A stretch of 64,000 nt of DNA. Origin: a virus. Shown one piece after another: positions 58,490-64,000 of the stretch. A model generated the notes under the pieces. The model worked only from the letters and a program-made list of their open reading frames with translations, did not search any database and was not told the DNA's origin. Position 1 is the first letter of the stretch. Each line of letters starts with the position of its first letter. Position numbers and translations under genes: made by a program. The DNA lies in IMG/VR virus record IMGVR_UViG_3300032251_000001, positions 71,789 through 135,788 of that record. One strand, 5' to 3'.

Positions 58490-59911
58490 TTATGAAACTG
58501 ATGGAACAGGACTTGGGTCAATGTAATAATCATATACAGCTAGTATCTCGAAATCGTTACTTAAATCAAATCCACCATTAGCTTCAGAAAACATCCAGAT
58601 TAATTTTTTGTTTTCATAATCTACAACAAAATCATCATCTTCATCGTAGTACATAGTATTTATATACAGTCTTGTACTTTCAATTTGTGGAATATGTTGT
58701 ATATCAAAAACATTAGGTTCATCAGGATTAAAAGTTAACAAGTCGTTAAAATCATCAACTATTATATCTTTAACCTGACTTAATTCATTAATATATATTG
58801 TATATTTACGTAATAACTCTTCATATGTTTCTATTAAATGGGCAGATGAAGAGCTAATTGGTGACTGGAAACTGCCCATCTCTAAGTCACCTGTGTAAAA
58901 ATTTACTGAATATATCTTTGCAGTGTCTATAACGTCTGATACATCATACATGCTATAAACTATTGATACTTCATCAGGATTAACGGTATATTCATGGTCT
59001 ATACCATTATACGTAATTAGAGAGTCACCTATATTTGCTGGGAATCTAACATTATTATCAATCTCATTATTGATACCTAGGTTGACCATCATTTTAAGTC
59101 CATCTGATTCGTCCATAGACATATCATATGCTTTAATTTTATCTAAATCAAAATAGTCAATAAGTTTTAAATCAATATTTGGAATTTGAACTCTTTTACT
59201 GTTATGCTTATTTACTGTTGGATAATATATTACTCCATTGTAAGTAATGATTGTTTCTGGAGTAATTTCTTCCTCAAATATAAACCATGAGTTTTCTCTT
59301 GATAACGGAGTTCTTGGTACTTGAGTTCTTTTAACATTATCCCATACATATGGAACTATTCTAGCACTCAAAGCATCATCTGGTAATGTGAAGCTATCAG
59401 TTGTCATATACAAAATTTCTGTAGGAGACACTAACACATAAGGTTCATACAGTCCATTGAATGATATAAACGCATTTGTAATATCTACATCAAAGTTAAC
59501 TCTAAGTTCACCACTCAAAGTCATTTCTCTTGAAATAGTATCTAAATCAATATGAACTTTTTGTATAATCTCAACACCTAAATCTAATCCATCTCTAGGA
59601 GATATATTAAACTTATATCCATTGATATCTACAAACTCTGTCTCTGGAATTTCTTCCAGAGTTTGTGAAAGTTTTAAATTAGCTAAACCTTTAATAATTC
59701 TTTCAACATAATTACCTACTTGTGTTTTAGAAGCTAACTTATAGTTAAACCAACTATCTCGATTAGGGTTAGCTTTATAATAAATTTCAGTAGTATCTTG
59801 AATTGTGGGACTTATTGTACCAAAATTGTTGTTTAAGTACTCTAGGTTAAATCCTTTAGAAAAATTTTCACCTATAAATAATATTGTAGAACCATCCATA
59901 GCTCTTCCCAT
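58490..59911 (-). CDS. probable baseplate structural protein
   Basis: Acidic and beta-rich; C-terminal FVVD...LIW.F....GGFDL module; structural context. Confidence 0.5.
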   Translation of the reverse strand: MGRAMDGSTILFIGENFSKGFNLEYLNNNFGTISPTIQDTTEIYYKANPNRDSWFNYKLASKTQVGNYVERIIKGLANLKLSQTLEEIPETEFVDINGYKFNISPRDGLDLGVEIIQKVHIDLDTISREMTLSGELRVNFDVDITNAFISFNGLYEPYVLVSPTEILYMTTDSFTLPDDALSARIVPYVWDNVKRTQVPRTPLSRENSWFIFEEEITPETIITYNGVIYYPTVNKHNSKRVQIPNIDLKLIDYFDLDKIKAYDMSMDESDGLKMMVNLGINNEIDNNVRFPANIGDSLITYNGIDHEYTVNPDEVSIVYSMYDVSDVIDTAKIYSVNFYTGDLEMGSFQSPISSSSAHLIETYEELLRKYTIYINELSQVKDIIVDDFNDLLTFNPDEPNVFDIQHIPQIESTRLYINTMYYDEDDDFVVDYENKKLIWMFSEANGGFDLSNDFEILAVYDYYIDPSPVPSVS

Positions 59912-60174
59912 TATAATGTACCTCCTTTCACAACTCTAATACCTTTTTCTTTTTTAACGAGTTTACCATTTTTGTACAACAAAAGGTCTAAAGGTAATCC
60001 TGCTTGGAATATACCAAATATGTTTTCGTTGATAGGTTTCAAACGAGTCAAACCATTAAATGCATCATCTATTGCCCAATGAGTGTAATCATCACGCTTA
60101 TACTTAAATGATAAATTTAACTGTGTTCCAACCTTTGAGGGATAGACTCTTATTAAGTAATCTTTAATAGCCAT
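59911..60174 (-). CDS. small hypothetical protein
   Basis: Coupled to both neighbours. Confidence 0.65.
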   Translation of the reverse strand: MAIKDYLIRVYPSKVGTQLNLSFKYKRDDYTHWAIDDAFNGLTRLKPINENIFGIFQAGLPLDLLLYKNGKLVKKEKGIRVVKGGTL

Positions 60175-62591
60175 TAGCTCACCTCTCCTTCACCATTTAG
60201 TGATTTCATAACATAAAGTAATTCATCAACCTTAACTTCAGAATCATTGTAGAATTCTACAATTGCAACACTATTAGGTTCAATAAAATCAAAATGAATA
60301 GCTTCATCATATACGTCAGTTAATCCAACGGTGTAATAAATACTTGTATCAGCATTTCTAACTTTATAAGTTAAATAATCTGAGTTGTAAGTATAGTCTT
60401 TAATAGTTATAATACCTTCATCATAATATGCATTACGTGCAGTATTTTCATCATTAAATAATTTTATATTCTTGACAAATTGGTAATTAGTTCCATCATT
60501 ATCAACAACGTCTATAGTTATTCTTTGAACTGTGTTTAAAGTAGGGTCAAAATCCGATACTGTTGCAAGATGTCCAATACTCTTGATAATTTTATCAGAG
60601 TAAGTTGCATATATATTCAACTCAACGTTCTCAACACCATCCGTAACGCTCTTACTAGGTATAATTTCTATACTTTCCATAACTCTAAATGTTTCTTCAA
60701 CAATTGATAACTGAGCTGTATCAGTGAATACTTCCTCAGTCCATTCATCCATATATTCGGCAGATATTGAAACTACACCATAATCTGCAGTTGATGGGAT
60801 AGACATAACTAAACCTCTATCAGTATGGTCAGTGATATTCTTCTCAGAGAAATCATTAAACTTAGCCCATACCGAATATTGAATTGCATCATTCTTGTCA
60901 ATAAAGTTATCAGTTAATTCAATTCTAATAGAAGTTGTTACTTTAGGTATAACCTCTATATACATAGAATCTCTTAGAACTAAACTTCCAAAACGATATT
61001 CTACAGTTACTTCTTGGATACCAATTTGATGCTTATTATATACTGAAATATCGCATAAGTCTGTGATTTCAGTAATATCACCTGAAGTGTAATGTCCTAA
61101 TACATGGAATTCTATATCAGATGTACCTTCTATAACTGAAGTTTTATTTGAATAAATCTCCACAGATTCAATTGTGCTTGCAAATACTTCTTCAAGTGCA
61201 TCAATATCATCATTAGTTAATAAATCATTATTGTTTCCATACATAGTCATAAAATCATCATACCCCATCATATCAACTAACTTAGCTTCAGATGATTTAT
61301 TTTCTTCATAACCTTCCAATAATTCTTTAAGTCTAGGTGTTGGTAGAACATTAGTTCTATATTCAAAAAGACCTAGAGTATGTTGATTGTCAATTTTAAC
61401 AATACTGTCTGCAATTATATATTTATCTATAGCAGCTACTCTTTTTCTACCTAGATAAACTTCAACATAATCATCAGATAATGGGAATTTAGCATCCCTT
61501 ACATCTAAAGCACCATCAAGTGTCATACTAGGTAATATGTGGTGAATATTTAAAGCAGTTTCATAAAATCTTGGTCTAACCTTTATATAAGATTTATTAA
61601 AAGGTATTCCTGAGAATTTAATTATTGGACTAGAACCAAATTCTGCACCAGACTCTAAATTATAATCTTGTCCACCAATAAGTTTTAAACCATTTAAGAA
61701 TACATCTAATTGATGTAAAGACTCAACAGGATATGGTAATTTTGTATTAAGAATTTCAATCTCTTTAACAAGATTAATTTGAAGCAGTGGTGAATTCATA
61801 TATTCATCATCAGTTAAATTTAAATCAGCTAAATCAATATTAATATCAAAATCACAAAGTATATTCATTAATAACAATACTTCATTAGCATAAACTTTTG
61901 TTAACATAGTAACTTGAACTCTATTTTCTATATCAAGTTCTTCTAAAACATAGTCAACATTTCTTTCTAATGAAACAAATTCGTTAGATAAAAGTCCTTT
62001 TTTAAATAAAGTTAAGAAATCTAAATTTGAATAAAATCTTCCTATATCATCAGTATCTACTAAGAATACAAAATTATCTTCATCCTCTTGAATTTGTGTA
62101 TATTTATATACACTTTCATTATTGTACTTCTTTCTAACAACAAAAGAAACAACATCATTCACCTCGACAAATTCAGATTTAATGTATATTCTTTTAGAAC
62201 CTAATGCAGTTTTAACATTATATGAATGTTTTGCTAGTTCTTTACCATTTACAAACACTTCTAGACTGAAGAGTTCATCTTTTGAGTAAAGAGAATAATC
62301 TTTAATATGGAATAATAATCTATCTTCTGGGAAAGATATCAATGTACCTGTATGACTAAATGAACTCTTAAATAAATATTCATCTTTATCAATTACTCTA
62401 AAATCTGTTGTAAAGTCAACATTGTCTTCAGCTCTAATAAGTTCTTTAATATAACTTGGCTGTTTTTCTTTAATACTTTGTAACGTTTCAAATAATACAT
62501 CTTTACTTGAAAGTGGACTTATTCCGTAAATATCTGACTCAATCCCTTGTCTATCTCTAAAGAATAAATCATACATATTTATATCAGACAT
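60174..62591 (-). CDS. large baseplate-like virion protein with three Ig-like (Big) repeats
   Basis: VFVNG/VFLNG repeats; three S(I)xI...V.(G/A).(Y/F)..G/F...IT segments of ~80 aa. Confidence 0.55.
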   Translation of the reverse strand: MSDINMYDLFFRDRQGIESDIYGISPLSSKDVLFETLQSIKEKQPSYIKELIRAEDNVDFTTDFRVIDKDEYLFKSSFSHTGTLISFPEDRLLFHIKDYSLYSKDELFSLEVFVNGKELAKHSYNVKTALGSKRIYIKSEFVEVNDVVSFVVRKKYNNESVYKYTQIQEDEDNFVFLVDTDDIGRFYSNLDFLTLFKKGLLSNEFVSLERNVDYVLEELDIENRVQVTMLTKVYANEVLLLMNILCDFDINIDLADLNLTDDEYMNSPLLQINLVKEIEILNTKLPYPVESLHQLDVFLNGLKLIGGQDYNLESGAEFGSSPIIKFSGIPFNKSYIKVRPRFYETALNIHHILPSMTLDGALDVRDAKFPLSDDYVEVYLGRKRVAAIDKYIIADSIVKIDNQHTLGLFEYRTNVLPTPRLKELLEGYEENKSSEAKLVDMMGYDDFMTMYGNNNDLLTNDDIDALEEVFASTIESVEIYSNKTSVIEGTSDIEFHVLGHYTSGDITEITDLCDISVYNKHQIGIQEVTVEYRFGSLVLRDSMYIEVIPKVTTSIRIELTDNFIDKNDAIQYSVWAKFNDFSEKNITDHTDRGLVMSIPSTADYGVVSISAEYMDEWTEEVFTDTAQLSIVEETFRVMESIEIIPSKSVTDGVENVELNIYATYSDKIIKSIGHLATVSDFDPTLNTVQRITIDVVDNDGTNYQFVKNIKLFNDENTARNAYYDEGIITIKDYTYNSDYLTYKVRNADTSIYYTVGLTDVYDEAIHFDFIEPNSVAIVEFYNDSEVKVDELLYVMKSLNGEGEVS

Positions 62592-62606
62592 AACTTATGT
62601 TCCTCC

Positions 62607-63551
62607 TTATCTTAATATTCTTGCCAATTCGTTGTATAGTTGTGTAGAATCTTTTGAAGCTACACTTTCTATTGCAAATTCTTTATTAACATGGGCATTA
62701 AGCATAGATGAGAATATCATAGCACAGAATAAAGGATAGTATTCAAGAGAAATAATAGTACTCTCTCCATATAAAATCATCCATTCTTGTAAGAATGTTC
62801 TCATGTTTAACTTACCTAAACCATCTAATGTAGATAATTCTTTAATAAATGATTTAAAATCTTTATATGCTTTGTCATCAAATGTCATGTCAGTATCCAT
62901 AATAGTTTTCTTAGTGCTGTCATTAAAACATGCTAAATAAGCCATATTATTGACAGTTTCACTTTCTGCTTTCTCCATAACATAAGTTAAAAAGAATTTA
63001 GCAATACAGTAATTAGCTTTATCTACATTAAGTTTATTTAAGCTAAGACCATACATTTTATCAAGAACTTTACTGAATAATTTAGTATAAACTAACATAG
63101 AAGATTTAAGAACCTCCGTATTCATACTAACTTTATTCCAGTTGTAATAACATTCTCTTAAAATTGTACCTGCTTGTAAATGAGCAAATAATGTTCTATT
63201 ATCAATCTCAATATTACCATCTTTAGTTTTTCTTGCATCTCTAGATAAATTAACTAAAGCTACTGGTGTTCCGTTTAAACTATATAACCATACAGGTATA
63301 GCTTTTGGAATCAAAGGTAATCTTTCAGTATTAAATAAAGGTATAACTTTACCATTACTTACTTCATTCATAACTTTGTTCTTCAGAGAGTAGTTAAAAC
63401 GTCTATTAATGATTCTAATATTATCATCTAAATCATCTAAACTAACTTTGTCTAAAGACATATTTACATCCAATAGTTTATGTTTAACGTCACTTTTTTT
63501 ATCCATCATCTCAAATGTGAAACAATCTGTCAACTTTTTCAATTTTATCAC
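62607..63551 (-). CDS. conserved jumbo-phage protein heading the late structural operon
   Basis: AACA-N6-TA upstream at 63572-63583; start may be TTG at 63542. Confidence 0.6.
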   Translation of the reverse strand: MIKLKKLTDCFTFEMMDKKSDVKHKLLDVNMSLDKVSLDDLDDNIRIINRRFNYSLKNKVMNEVSNGKVIPLFNTERLPLIPKAIPVWLYSLNGTPVALVNLSRDARKTKDGNIEIDNRTLFAHLQAGTILRECYYNWNKVSMNTEVLKSSMLVYTKLFSKVLDKMYGLSLNKLNVDKANYCIAKFFLTYVMEKAESETVNNMAYLACFNDSTKKTIMDTDMTFDDKAYKDFKSFIKELSTLDGLGKLNMRTFLQEWMILYGESTIISLEYYPLFCAMIFSSMLNAHVNKEFAIESVASKDSTQLYNELARILR

Positions 63552-63786
63552 CCTTTCTTATTATTTTTCATTATTATTTTGTTTACTGTTTATACCTATT
63601 AATAAATTTTTAGATATAAGTTTTATGAATAAAAATTAAAGAATATGGTATAATTTTAAGATAAAAATAATATTACTAATAAATATATAACTAACAAGAT
63701 TTTTATTTTATAGAAATTATAATAGAATTAAAGTATATATTATTACTATGACGAATTATATATTATATTAATATAGGAGGATTGAA

Positions 63787-64000
63787 ATGAGTAAAAAAAT
63801 AGTAAGGGGTTTAAATTTAGGTGATGTACATTTTGGACATCCTAAAACAAAACATATGGCAGAAGAAGAACTACCATTCTTTTTAGAATATACTAGGAAA
63901 CATGGGAAAGACATAGATTTTATTAATTTATTAGGAGATTTTTATGATAGAAAGATATCATTGAATGAAGAGTCTAGTAAACTCTCTAAAGAATTTATAG
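63787..64000 (+). CDS. sbcD: SbcD/Mre11-like metallophosphoesterase nuclease, 3'-truncated (not in ORF track)
   Basis: SD taggagg; GDVHFG and LLGDFYDR motifs; open to the window end; TATATTAT twice upstream. Confidence 0.8.
   Translation, partial: MSKKIVRGLNLGDVHFGHPKTKHMAEEELPFFLEYTRKHGKDIDFINLLGDFYDRKISLNEESSKLSKEFI

Noticed and set aside
1630-63639. Short antisense or nested ORFs from the track (e.g. 1630, 3721, 4210, 6142, 9341, 9892, 10136, 19808, 21206, 22292, 24860, 29707, 31893, 35353, 36138, 37337, 37627, 38014, 38731, 41256, 42737, 42799, 44300, 45021, 48276, 50150, 51097, 51929, 53424, 54212, 55123, 57309, 58053, 63409)
   Set aside because: They overlap longer, motif-bearing genes with proper SD sites and have low-complexity shadow composition.
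1-64000. Stop-codon reassignment as seen in some jumbo phages
   Set aside because: Conserved genes (rpoC halves, rSAMs, lysin) are intact under the standard code, and TAA, TAG and TGA all terminate genes at operon junctions.

Overview
This window is part of a very AT-rich jumbo phage genome with densely packed genes, strong AGGAGG ribosome-binding sites and many hairpin/T-tract terminators. It encodes two separated halves of a multisubunit RNA polymerase beta-prime subunit (27410-28630, 30309-31679). That, and two recurring phage-type promoter motifs, point to a phiKZ/AR9-like jumbo phage. The host is probably a Firmicute, inferred from the SD sites, an SH3b/amidase lysin and a copper-amine-oxidase-N stalk domain. 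About 0-34 kb is mostly small early-type hypothetical genes in paralog families, plus DHH, NUDIX, P-loop kinase and nuclease genes and two long non-coding blocks. About 34-39 kb holds a structural gene and a holin/endolysin module. About 50.8-63.5 kb is a tail-fibre/baseplate block, and a partial SbcD/Mre11 nuclease ends the window. The standout is seven radical-SAM genes in RiPP-like arrangements. At 42.8-50.3 kb, five rSAM(/SPASM) genes flank two paralogous proteins with a 95-aa N-terminal domain and 31-35 Cys in tandem repeats that nearly all end in N/D-x-x-C. At 26.3-27.3 kb, one rSAM is translationally coupled to two unannotated 27/33-aa peptides with (N)GHC motifs. A ~150-nt structured RNA candidate and dispersed 43-44 bp upstream repeats were also found. 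All family assignments are from motif recognition; no database searches were run.
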